A stretch of 64,000 bases of DNA from an uncultured Chloroflexia bacterium (GTDB lineage: Bacteria > Chloroflexota > Chloroflexia > Thermomicrobiales > UBA6265): assembly GCA_963712055.1 (NCBI GenBank), contig CAVQGN010000002.1, forward strand, positions 134,784-198,783, read 5' to 3'. This document shows, in pieces, positions 35,691 to 44,811 of the stretch; positions within the stretch are counted from its first letter, which is position 1; every line of letters begins with the position of its first letter. The notes under the pieces were generated by a model. It had not been told where the DNA came from. It made no database searches and saw only the letters and a program-made list of their open reading frames with translations. The position numbers and the translations under genes were made by a program.

Positions 35691-36785
35691 TCAGGATAGC
35701 GATGAAACGTTTCCTTCACTCAAAGCTGGCACGGTGCGTTGCGCCGACCTGCGCGCCATTACGATATACGCCACCAGTCCAAACAGAATAACCAACCAAT
35801 ACGTGATAAAGCGATCGAGAAGTGCCACCGCGCCAGCGGTGTCGGCTGGGACATCGACAAGCTTCAACGCCGTGATGATGGCAATCTCCACGACGCCAAG
35901 ACCAGCTGGAGTGAACGGCAACGTTGTCAGCAGCGCGCTGATGAGGGCGACGAAAACCGCCATCTGAAACGAGATGCCAGCGTCGACCGAACGCGAAACA
36001 AAATAGACCCGCCCGCCTTCTCCCAACCAGATCACCAGCGCCAGGCTCGCCGGAATCCACGGGCGGCGAACGATCGAAAAAAGGGTTTCCTGAAACGACG
36101 TGTAGGTGGCGCGAAACCGCTCCGGGACCCGAGAGATGATGTGCGCCCGCGCAAACCACATGACCAAGAGCGCAATCATCAGCACTAGAGCCAAACCGAA
36201 ACCGAGATAGATGGCCTCGTTTGCCTGGGATGGAATCCTGCCGTGAAATGCCAGCAAACCTGACAACCCCAGGAGAACGACCAGTACCATTAGATCGAAA
36301 AAGCGCTCAGAAACAATCGTACCGAACCCAATCGAATAACGAATGCCATCATCTTGCTTGAGCCGGTAGGCCCTGTAACCATCCCCGAGTTTTGCGGGCA
36401 CAAGGCAGTTGATTGACCAGGAGATGGTGTAGATGCCGAGGAGATATGGAAGTGCTGGTGCGGATGGACTGCGGTTCTCATCGGATTCAAGTTGCAGCAT
36501 CCAGCGCCAGCGATAGGTTCGAACAACGAGCGACAAGTAGTAGATAACAATCGCCAGAAGGAGATCCGTCCGATCCGCATTCTTGACCGCGCTGATCACC
36601 TCGCCAAGGTCGATATCGGTGGTGACGAAGAAAACAGCCAGAAGCGTGGCCGCCAACGCGAACGACAACCAGGTACGTGGACGCCGAAGTTGCGCGGAAA
36701 GCACACCGGATGGTCGAGCATCGGCGTTGCTATCATTTTCAAGAGCCTCCGGATCCTGCCCGGGAGGAAGCAGCTGGTCGGTCAT
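35691..36785 (-). CDS. Flippase-like / lysylphosphatidylglycerol-synthase-TM-region family (UPF0104) membrane protein
   Basis: A polytopic hydrophobic protein with LSLVVRTYRWRWML and PAGLGVVE motifs typical of this family. Its ATG overlaps the upstream stop (ATGA). Confidence 0.75.
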   Translation of the reverse strand: MTDQLLPPGQDPEALENDSNADARPSGVLSAQLRRPRTWLSFALAATLLAVFFVTTDIDLGEVISAVKNADRTDLLLAIVIYYLSLVVRTYRWRWMLQLESDENRSPSAPALPYLLGIYTISWSINCLVPAKLGDGYRAYRLKQDDGIRYSIGFGTIVSERFFDLMVLVVLLGLSGLLAFHGRIPSQANEAIYLGFGLALVLMIALLVMWFARAHIISRVPERFRATYTSFQETLFSIVRRPWIPASLALVIWLGEGGRVYFVSRSVDAGISFQMAVFVALISALLTTLPFTPAGLGVVEIAIITALKLVDVPADTAGAVALLDRFITYWLVILFGLVAYIVMARRSAQRTVPALSEGNVSSLS

Positions 36786-38209
36786 GAGTCCGGAATTCCA
36801 TATCTGCGCGCACGCACGCCCAGCGCGGCGGCTAAACCCCAGCCAATCATGAGCTGCAGGTTCAGGCTCAGCACATGAATGTACTCAAAAAACGCGTGAG
36901 CAGACAGAGCGGCGGTCACTGCGATGATTCCGATGACGACGGCATGACTGACGGCAGACCTCGCAGCGAGAAAGGACCCCCATAGGGTTCTTGCTGCCAC
37001 AAGGATCATGCCAAGATAGGCAACGAGACCCACGATTCCCGCTTGAGCAAGCATTTGCAGATGAGTATTGTGAGCGTGCCCACGGCCGATCCGAAATCGC
37101 CACGTATGGGTTGAGTCCCGGAAGTTCAAATCGAAGTTGCCGGCGCCGACTCCGAACCAGATGTGACGCACAGCCATCTCGGTACCGGCGACCCAGTGAG
37201 CAATTCGTTCTTCAACTGCGAAATTCGCTGGCGTTACCTGGACAGAGCGATTGTCCAGATCGAACCAGCCAGCCGCAACGGCAAGTGTCAGACCACTTAC
37301 AACCAACACGAGAACGATAGCTACTGGATAGAATTGAACCGGCAGGAATGCGCGTGGAGGAAGAATCAACAAGGCCAGAACAACCACCATTCCGACAACA
37401 ATCCCGACTCCGCCGCCTCGAGACTGGGAAAGAAACAGCCCGCCCAGACCAACCATTCCTGCCAGAGTCAGCAGCAATCCTGACCTGCGCGACCATTGAG
37501 CGGCACTTTCGCCAGTCTGCAACAGTATCGTGAGTCCAACTGCAATCAGTAGCGGAGTGGTCGTTTCGAGGTAAAGCGCAAGCTGATTCGGGTGCGTAAA
37601 CGGTCCAGAAGCGCGCATCAGCCCACGACTCTCGAACGACGGTGGGCCAATTTCCGCAATCACTTGCCAGCCTGCGTAGAGTCCACACCAGACAGTGCCT
37701 AGCGCCGATCCAAACAAGAATGGCCTGAACGACGCTCGATTCATATATGTGTTGTAGGCCATGACCAGAACGGGTAGTCCCGCCATCCACCGGTACGTCT
37801 CACCGATCCAGAGTCCGCCATCCCGAGCGTTCCAGCCAGAAATCACCAGGACGAACACCAGGAAGGCCACTGAAACAATCATCGGATTGACCCTGACGGG
37901 ACGGCGTTCGAACCATGCACGGAGAAACCACGCTCCGCACACCGCCCAGAGCACGATTTTCGTCACGGTGACGGCTGTGTCTCCAAATCCAAGCAACAGT
38001 GTTCGCTGGATGGGCACGCTCAGGGCGATTGCAGCCAGACCGAGGTCAGGACGGGAGAAACCCATCCACGCCGACAGGAACGCGATCACTATTGCAAGTG
38101 ACGTTTCCCACGGCAGGATCCCAATCGTCAGACCGGTCGCGACAGTCGCTACAACCAGAAGAAGCGTCGATTGTCGTGGTTGCAAAGAGAAGATGCTTGG
38201 CGACATCAT
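36782..38209 (-). CDS. O-antigen ligase/polymerase-like (Wzy_C) membrane protein, copy 1
   Basis: A polytopic protein with GPFTHPNQLALYL, LSQSRGG, GVGAGNF and HAHNTHLQMLAQAGIVG. Confidence 0.8.
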   Translation of the reverse strand: MMSPSIFSLQPRQSTLLLVVATVATGLTIGILPWETSLAIVIAFLSAWMGFSRPDLGLAAIALSVPIQRTLLLGFGDTAVTVTKIVLWAVCGAWFLRAWFERRPVRVNPMIVSVAFLVFVLVISGWNARDGGLWIGETYRWMAGLPVLVMAYNTYMNRASFRPFLFGSALGTVWCGLYAGWQVIAEIGPPSFESRGLMRASGPFTHPNQLALYLETTTPLLIAVGLTILLQTGESAAQWSRRSGLLLTLAGMVGLGGLFLSQSRGGGVGIVVGMVVVLALLILPPRAFLPVQFYPVAIVLVLVVSGLTLAVAAGWFDLDNRSVQVTPANFAVEERIAHWVAGTEMAVRHIWFGVGAGNFDLNFRDSTHTWRFRIGRGHAHNTHLQMLAQAGIVGLVAYLGMILVAARTLWGSFLAARSAVSHAVVIGIIAVTAALSAHAFFEYIHVLSLNLQLMIGWGLAAALGVRARRYGIPDS

Positions 38210-39624
38210 CGTGAAGCCCCGGATCGCCGTAGCCCCATTGTGGCTGGATGAGACGAATTCGCCCCAGATCGACGGCCCATCAGCAGCAACGCAACGAACA
38301 CCCAGGTCAAGAATGCAAGATCAGGCAGAAAATAGCTGTTATCAAGGAGACCGTGCAGGGTTCCTGCCGCAAGTGCCGAGACCGCTCCGGCCTGCCATGG
38401 TGAATACCGAGGCCGCCGCCAAACACCATTCCATATCGCTACACCCAGCAGGATGAGAGCAAGTGTCAATGTGACGAGTCCCATCACCCCCAGGCTCAAC
38501 CAGAAATCGAGCGCAATGTTGTGCGGATGAGAAACATAACGTTCGGTCCAATTCTCAGGCACGATGTAGCGGACCGGATGCCAGTAAAGAAACTGATCGA
38601 GCCCGATACCAGAAACAGGAAAGTCCCGAACCATCGCAAAGCCGGAGCGCCAGAGATCGATGCGGGTGCGGCCAACCCCGGAACTGGTCGAGCCGCCAAA
38701 TCGATCTGACGCAAAGACGGCGAAAACCGCAGTAGCTCCCAGGCCGACGCCAACGCCGAGCATGAGTGCACGTCGCTTTTCTGCAATAATCGTCAGGACA
38801 ACCCATCCACCCAGAACCGCCAGCAACGCCCCTCGGGAGAACGTCGCTAGCACGCCAGCCAGTATGATCAGCGCCGACGCTTCCCAGATTCGCGAAATCT
38901 TCGTGGTCGCCATCAGAACGGGAGCAGCCGCCAGAAAGAAGACCCGCTCGAGAAAGAGTGCGAGGTTGTTCGGATGCAGATAAGGTCCAGTGGCCCGGAC
39001 AACATCGTCAGCCCGAAATCCTGCAGACGTCGAGAGTTGATCGAGGATTGCGGTGATACTGACGAGGCTGCCGATAGTGGCAAATACGGTAGCTACCGGT
39101 CTTGCACCCCGTCGGAAAATTGCCAGCAAAGCCGCTGGAAACACAAACAGCGGTTCAACAATGGTCCAGCGAAACAGCCGCAGCGCTTCGCTGCGGTGCG
39201 CTTCGTCCGGCATGTACAGGATTGAGAGCCCACCGGCAATCACGAAACTGACTCCCAGCACGCCGACGCCGAGCCATTTCGGAGCCAGATCCAGTCGATC
39301 CATCTCTGCCGATAGCCCGATTCGGACAATCGCGATCAGAGCAGAAATACCGGCGATCAGGATCGCAATCTCGAGCAGGCTGATCGAGCGGTCCCCTACG
39401 GCCACCGGATGCTGCCAAAAGGGAACAGCGGCACAGGCAGCCCAGAAAGCAGCTGTTGGTGCGAGCAGACCGAGCGCTCCAGCAACCAGAACCGCACTTA
39501 TCGCCGCTACCTGTGGCAGACCGGCCTGGAGCAGAAAACCAATGATAATGAAAACAGTCAAGCTGAAAAGATCGCGATCGGCGCGCAACTCCGTGTCTTG
39601 CGGCCAGGCCAGCCGTTGCTTCAT
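38206..39624 (-). CDS. O-antigen ligase/polymerase-like (Wzy_C) membrane protein, copy 2
   Basis: A polytopic protein with GPYLHPNNLALFL, TFSRGALL, GIGLDQF and HPHNIALDFWLSLGVMG. Confidence 0.8.
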   Translation of the reverse strand: MKQRLAWPQDTELRADRDLFSLTVFIIIGFLLQAGLPQVAAISAVLVAGALGLLAPTAAFWAACAAVPFWQHPVAVGDRSISLLEIAILIAGISALIAIVRIGLSAEMDRLDLAPKWLGVGVLGVSFVIAGGLSILYMPDEAHRSEALRLFRWTIVEPLFVFPAALLAIFRRGARPVATVFATIGSLVSITAILDQLSTSAGFRADDVVRATGPYLHPNNLALFLERVFFLAAAPVLMATTKISRIWEASALIILAGVLATFSRGALLAVLGGWVVLTIIAEKRRALMLGVGVGLGATAVFAVFASDRFGGSTSSGVGRTRIDLWRSGFAMVRDFPVSGIGLDQFLYWHPVRYIVPENWTERYVSHPHNIALDFWLSLGVMGLVTLTLALILLGVAIWNGVWRRPRYSPWQAGAVSALAAGTLHGLLDNSYFLPDLAFLTWVFVALLLMGRRSGANSSHPATMGLRRSGASR

Positions 39625-41390
39625 GTACGGAATGACGGTCGCCAGTCAGGCAGAGTTGGTAGCGCTGGCGATCCGTCGCCTTCCGTTTCCGGTTTGAGCA
39701 ATCCGCTGGTTTGAGCGGCTAACAAAGCAAGATCACGAATGGCATAGATCAGCAACACCAGCGCGGAAACCAGCGCGACCACGATCGGCCATCGCAAAGG
39801 CGGATTCCGGGAAACCACTGCTCCACCGAGCGTGACCCGGCCAGGTGTGGCCAGCGTCATCGTCACCTCATGAACACCTTCCTCGAGATCGTCGGCCAGT
39901 GTGACTGAGATATCCTCGGCTTGATAGAACGAGAGATCGATAACTGAAACGCCATTCTCGACCGGCCAGCCGGGTAGCGGTTGCCCATCGACCGTGGCCT
40001 CGAGCAAGCCGGCTTCCGGACTGACACGCAAGAAGCCGACCAATCCCGTGCCCTTGAACCGAATACTGACGCTCGCGCCGACCTCGCTGGTAGTCTCGAA
40101 GATCACTCCGTTCAAATGTTGATTCGCCCATGATCCCTGCAACGTAACCGGACTGGTATCGGTCGGGACGAATCCAGTCGGGGCAACGTTCGCAAACGTC
40201 GAGTCCTCAAGCGCTGTCACAGCCAGAAACGACGCTGAAGCGGTGCCATCACTATTCAGCAGGGCATAGCCTGTCTGGTCCGGCGGCAGTGTGGCTGGTT
40301 GCAAGCCCCACTGGAAGACCGGACCTGCCCATGGCCACTCCTCCCTGATGCGATCGAGACCAGCCACAAGGTAATCGGCCTGTTGATCCGGGGAAACCGA
40401 ACCAGACGCATCCCAACCGTAGTGTGTCAACCAGATTGGCTTTGCTTCGTCTCCCTCGGCTCGCATCAGCTCGCGAAACAGGATCGCCCGAGAGAGATTT
40501 GCTGAACCTGAGTTCACACGACGGTTGAACGGAGACGTTGTTCCACCGCTGATGCTGGCGGCGACGACATCGAAATACGGCGTTCCGTCGGCATCGTAGA
40601 TTCCCTGCAGAAAAGCAAGATCGGCACCATAGCTGCCATTCTGATCCATCGGATTGAACTCAGCCAACAATACGAACGCGTCAGGGTCCGCTGTGCGAAC
40701 AGCGTTGAACGACGGCGCTAGTACGGTCAAGTACTCGCTGGGGGTTGCAGGTGCTCCGCCCCAGTTCGCAGCGAGATTCGGTTGATCACCAATCTGGTAG
40801 TAATTGACGTACTGACCGTATCGACCCGCGAAGGCAGCCACAAAATCCCCGAAATCGCGAGAATCGTCGGGCGGGGCATCGGCGCTTCCGATCTGATCCT
40901 GGCTACGTGCCCAGTCTGGAGTGCCAGATATCACAGCGATGATCTCCAGTCCGGCGTCATCAAGCGACGTCACAATTGCATCGAAAGGTTCCCAGTTGTA
41001 CTGACCTCGATTCGGTTCAAGCTCGGACCAGAGAAACGGATGTCGGACATAGCGGAAGCCATTCGCCCGAAGCGTACTGGCAATCGTTTCGACCTGAACC
41101 GATGGAAAATCACGGAGGTCGACGTTAGTTGCCAGATCTCTCCCCGACACCTGCAGGACAAACGGCGGATCGGCGCTCGTTTCAATTCCACGATGCAGGT
41201 AAGCGTCGGCAACTGCTGCCGCCAGCGCCAGGACAAGACCTAACGCGATTAAGACGAGAGACCGCGACAGGGATCTAGATGACGACTGACCGTCCGATCC
41301 GGATGATGGGGAGCCTTTTCCGCGGGCTGCAACCCCGCCGCGATATTTCTCGGGTATTTTTGACGATGTTGATGGTGAGTTGTCGGCCAT
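39621..41390 (-). CDS. Membrane-anchored clan GH-A (TIM-barrel glycoside-hydrolase-like) protein with a C-terminal beta-rich domain; both canonical catalytic Glu are substituted
   Basis: FRYVRHPFLWSELEPNRGQYNWEPFDAIV...YYQIGDQPN (expected NEP)...PIWLTHYGW (expected TE.G). N-terminal and C-terminal hydrophobic helices are present. I prefer start ATG 41390, leaving a 90-bp divergent spacer to the kinase gene. Confidence 0.7.
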   Translation of the reverse strand: MADNSPSTSSKIPEKYRGGVAARGKGSPSSGSDGQSSSRSLSRSLVLIALGLVLALAAAVADAYLHRGIETSADPPFVLQVSGRDLATNVDLRDFPSVQVETIASTLRANGFRYVRHPFLWSELEPNRGQYNWEPFDAIVTSLDDAGLEIIAVISGTPDWARSQDQIGSADAPPDDSRDFGDFVAAFAGRYGQYVNYYQIGDQPNLAANWGGAPATPSEYLTVLAPSFNAVRTADPDAFVLLAEFNPMDQNGSYGADLAFLQGIYDADGTPYFDVVAASISGGTTSPFNRRVNSGSANLSRAILFRELMRAEGDEAKPIWLTHYGWDASGSVSPDQQADYLVAGLDRIREEWPWAGPVFQWGLQPATLPPDQTGYALLNSDGTASASFLAVTALEDSTFANVAPTGFVPTDTSPVTLQGSWANQHLNGVIFETTSEVGASVSIRFKGTGLVGFLRVSPEAGLLEATVDGQPLPGWPVENGVSVIDLSFYQAEDISVTLADDLEEGVHEVTMTLATPGRVTLGGAVVSRNPPLRWPIVVALVSALVLLIYAIRDLALLAAQTSGLLKPETEGDGSPALPTLPDWRPSFRT

Positions 41391-41480
41391 CTGACTCTCT
41401 GGTTGCGTGGAGCGACACCGACGGTTGGCGTCCGAGTTGCTGGCTACGCGCTGCCCCTCGCAGGATTGTGAAGTATAGAC

Positions 41481-43475
41481 ATGACAGCCGCCGAAACACC
41501 GCTCAGTCTCCGTGAGGTTGCGAGTGACCTGCGTCACCGCCTGGCTCAGTCAGCGAATCACGATCTGAACGATGATGCCTCCTTGCACCAGCAACTTCGC
41601 GACGAGTTTCATGAGTTCGGCGTCGCCGCCCGACTAGCAGGCGCGGATCTGGAGGAGTCAATGGCGATCGCGGTCGCCATTCTCCAGGAGACCCTCGACG
41701 ATTCACCGGCTTTCCCTCATGTTGTGCCAACAACCATCGTCGCTGGTTCCGTGTTCGCCGCCGTAGCACACGGCTTTCAATTCGGCAGGGTGCAAGGCGA
41801 GGCTCCAGTAAGCAATGGATCGCTCGATAGTCGCCTCGCCCAACTGACCGCGCTGCACCAGATTGGACGCGCCGCCACTGGGAGTTCGAGTCCCGGAGAC
41901 CTACTCGATCTGGCCGTGCGCGCAATTGGATCAGCCACCGAGAGCGATGCGGCGGCAGTGTTTCTTTTCGATCCCGCCAGCGAACGCTTGGCGCTTTGGG
42001 CCGCGACCGGGCTGAATCCGGCGTCAATTGGCGCCCTCGCGATTCCGCTGAGTGAAGGCCTGACCGGGCTCGCGGCGAGTGAACGGCGGCCGGTCGTCGT
42101 CGAGGATGCTCAACGCCATCCGGCTTGGGTGACTTCGCACAATTTCGGTGACACGGTCTATGCGTCGCAAGCTTCGATACCGATGATCCTTGAATCGCAG
42201 GACAAACTCGTCGGAGTGCTCAACGTGCTCACGGTAAATCGGCGCTCGTTCAGCAGCGAAGAGATCGATTTCCTTCAGACCGCGGCAAACGAACTCGCGA
42301 TTAGTGTCGAGTTTGCGCGCCTTCACGATCAAACCGATGAACGCTTGCGCCAGAAAATCGCCGAACTTGGAACACTCCAGCGCGTTTCTCGATCGGTCGC
42401 GTCATCGCTGGCCGTTTCGGATGTTCTGCGCTTGGTAGCAGCGTCGGCGACTGAAATTTGCCAAGCGGAAGCCACCGCTCTCTTTCGCCTTCATCGCCGG
42501 GAAACGGGCGGACAGATCGAGGAACGGCCGATTGTGGAGCACCGTATCGGCCAGGCCCGGCAGGCAACGGATGTCGTAATTCGCGACGATTTCGTCCGTT
42601 CGGTCATCGAATCCGGTTCCGCCAGTACGATGAACCTTGATTATGTCGACGGTTCAAGTCGGCTCTATTGCATCCCGCTCCGCTCGGCCCGCGAAATCTG
42701 GGGCGCTCTGTGCGTGCGTTTGCCATCAGGAAATACGTTGTCGGAAGATCAGCTGGGATTGCTGCAGTCCTTCACCGATTCTGCTTCGATCGCAATCGAG
42801 AATGCCGAACTCTTCGAGCATGCGCAGGCAAACGCGGCGATTTCCGCCACCCTGCTGCAGGAAATGCATCACCGGGTCCGGAACAACCTGCAAACCGTGG
42901 CTGCGCTCTTGTCACTGCAAATGCGGCAAGTCGACGACGAAGAAACCAGTCGACACTTGATGGAGGCCGCTGGTCGGGTCCAATCGATCGCAGCCGTCCA
43001 CGATCTGCTGAGCGATGAGAGTCGGTTGAGTGGTGCGTCGATAGCCGATGTCGCGAACCTTGTGGTCGATGAAACAAGAAACACCGTCCACAAACCGGGT
43101 CTCGCCGTCACATTCGATGTCGTGCCCAATGACCTGGTGGTTCCATCGAGGCATGCCACCATCCTGGCGCTATTGATCAACGAATTGATCTCGAACGCGA
43201 TCAGTCATGGTTTCAGGGATCGGGAAAAGGGTTCGATCACGATCGCTGCCACACGGGAGGGCTCAAACATCTGCCTTGTGGTCGAAAATGATGGTGAGCA
43301 GGTGCCGACTGGCTTCAACCCGTCGATGAGTTCTGGTCTGGGTTTGCGAATCGTCGAACGGCTCGCGCAATTCGATCTTGGTGGCACCTTCAAGGTTATC
43401 GCGACGGGCAGCGGTACACGCGCGGAAATCAGATTCCCATCGACCGCAATTGCCGAGATCGAGGCGGGAACTTAG
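41481..43475 (+). CDS. GAF-domain sensor histidine kinase (HisKA_2-type H-box plus HATPase_c)
   Basis: Two GAF-like regions, an H-box EMHHRVRNNLQTVAALLSLQ, NELISNAISHG and SGLGLRIV. Confidence 0.85.
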   Translation: MTAAETPLSLREVASDLRHRLAQSANHDLNDDASLHQQLRDEFHEFGVAARLAGADLEESMAIAVAILQETLDDSPAFPHVVPTTIVAGSVFAAVAHGFQFGRVQGEAPVSNGSLDSRLAQLTALHQIGRAATGSSSPGDLLDLAVRAIGSATESDAAAVFLFDPASERLALWAATGLNPASIGALAIPLSEGLTGLAASERRPVVVEDAQRHPAWVTSHNFGDTVYASQASIPMILESQDKLVGVLNVLTVNRRSFSSEEIDFLQTAANELAISVEFARLHDQTDERLRQKIAELGTLQRVSRSVASSLAVSDVLRLVAASATEICQAEATALFRLHRRETGGQIEERPIVEHRIGQARQATDVVIRDDFVRSVIESGSASTMNLDYVDGSSRLYCIPLRSAREIWGALCVRLPSGNTLSEDQLGLLQSFTDSASIAIENAELFEHAQANAAISATLLQEMHHRVRNNLQTVAALLSLQMRQVDDEETSRHLMEAAGRVQSIAAVHDLLSDESRLSGASIADVANLVVDETRNTVHKPGLAVTFDVVPNDLVVPSRHATILALLINELISNAISHGFRDREKGSITIAATREGSNICLVVENDGEQVPTGFNPSMSSGLGLRIVERLAQFDLGGTFKVIATGSGTRAEIRFPSTAIAEIEAGT

Positions 43476-44798
43476 TCCCCCACGCGGTCGATTGACCGAT
43501 TTGCATAGGCCTCCGCCATCAGATCGGCAAGGTGGGTCACCGGAATCGGTGTTTCGTTCCGGTCGAGCGCGCTCGTAACCTGGATCGCGCACCCCGGGTT
43601 CGCGGTGACGACGACTGCGGCAGCTGTCTCGGCTGCGTTCCCAGCTTTGCGATCACCAAGCTCCCTTGCCATTTTTGGTCGAAGGAGGTTGTAGATTCCG
43701 GCACTGCCACAGCAGAGCGAAGACTCGCGCATTTCGACAAGTTCGAGTCCAGGAATCGATCGCATAAGCCTGCGTGGTTCCTCAGATATGCGCTGAGCAT
43801 GAACGAGGTGACAAGGTTCCTGGTAGGTCACTCGTTTCTTCAACGGTCCAGGCTCGACTACGAGGTTGGCAGCCATGATTTCGGTGAAATCGCAGACGCG
43901 ATCTGAAAACGCTCGTGCTCGCTCGGCGTAGGTCGGATCGTCCTTGAGGAGATGACCGTATTCTTTGAGCGTCGATCCGCATCCAGCAGCCGTCACGACA
44001 ATCGGATTCGAATCAGTCGCCTCGAAGGCGTCGATGTTCTTTCGGGCGAGTTCACGCGCTTCGCTTGCCATGCCGCTGTGGACCAGCAATGCACCGCAGC
44101 ATCCCTGCGATTTCGGAACTTCGACAGCGATGCCATTGATTGCCATCACTGACGCCGCTGAGCGATTGGTGGTTGGAAAGACGGTTCCCATCATGCAGCC
44201 ATTGAAGAGGTCAGCGGATAGTCGCGGCTCGACCGGCGTCCAGGACTCCTCACCCGGGATCAATCTTGCTCCAACCGCTGCCGGCGCCAGTTTTTCTGCG
44301 TCCGCCATACCGATCCGGTCGAGCAATCCACTTCTACGTGCCAGCGATTGCAAACCAGAATCGCTGGTACAGGGTGGTCGCCCGTGCGACGAGCGAGATT
44401 CGGCGGACGTCGCCGAAGAGCCAGTCAAGCATGACCTTTCTGATCGCCCGCTCGGGAACTGACCGTTCGATGTGCTGCTCGATCTGGCTGCGACTCGATT
44501 CGACCAAAATACCGTACTGGACTCCGGAAGGACACACCGCCTCGCAGGCGCGGCAATCGAGGCACTCGTACATTTGATCTTTGAAGACCGGGTCATCGAT
44601 CGACATCCGGCCTTCGCCGACTGCGCTCATCAACCAGAGCCGTCCGCGCGGTGAGGAGATTTCCTGTCCGGTAATCCGATAGGTGGGACAGGAGGAGAGA
44701 CACATACCGCAGTGGACACAAGCCCGCAGAAGATCCTCCTCCGGGACATCGTATCCAGCGAATCCGCGTATGACTCCGTTTTGGGTTGCGTTCTGCAC
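43472..44798 (-). pseudogene. glcF: Glycolate oxidase Fe-S subunit GlcF, interrupted by a 1-nt frameshift near 44359-44360
   Basis: The N-terminal part is ORF 44334..44798 (CVHCGMCLSSCP, CLDCRACEAVCP). The C-terminal CCG domains are in ORF 43472..44596 (CCGA, CCGSAG), in the +1 frame. Deleting one T from cgaTTctgg restores ...TTLYQRSGLQSLARRSGLL.... Confidence 0.8.
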
Positions 44799-44811
44799 GA
44801 TTCTCTCCAGG

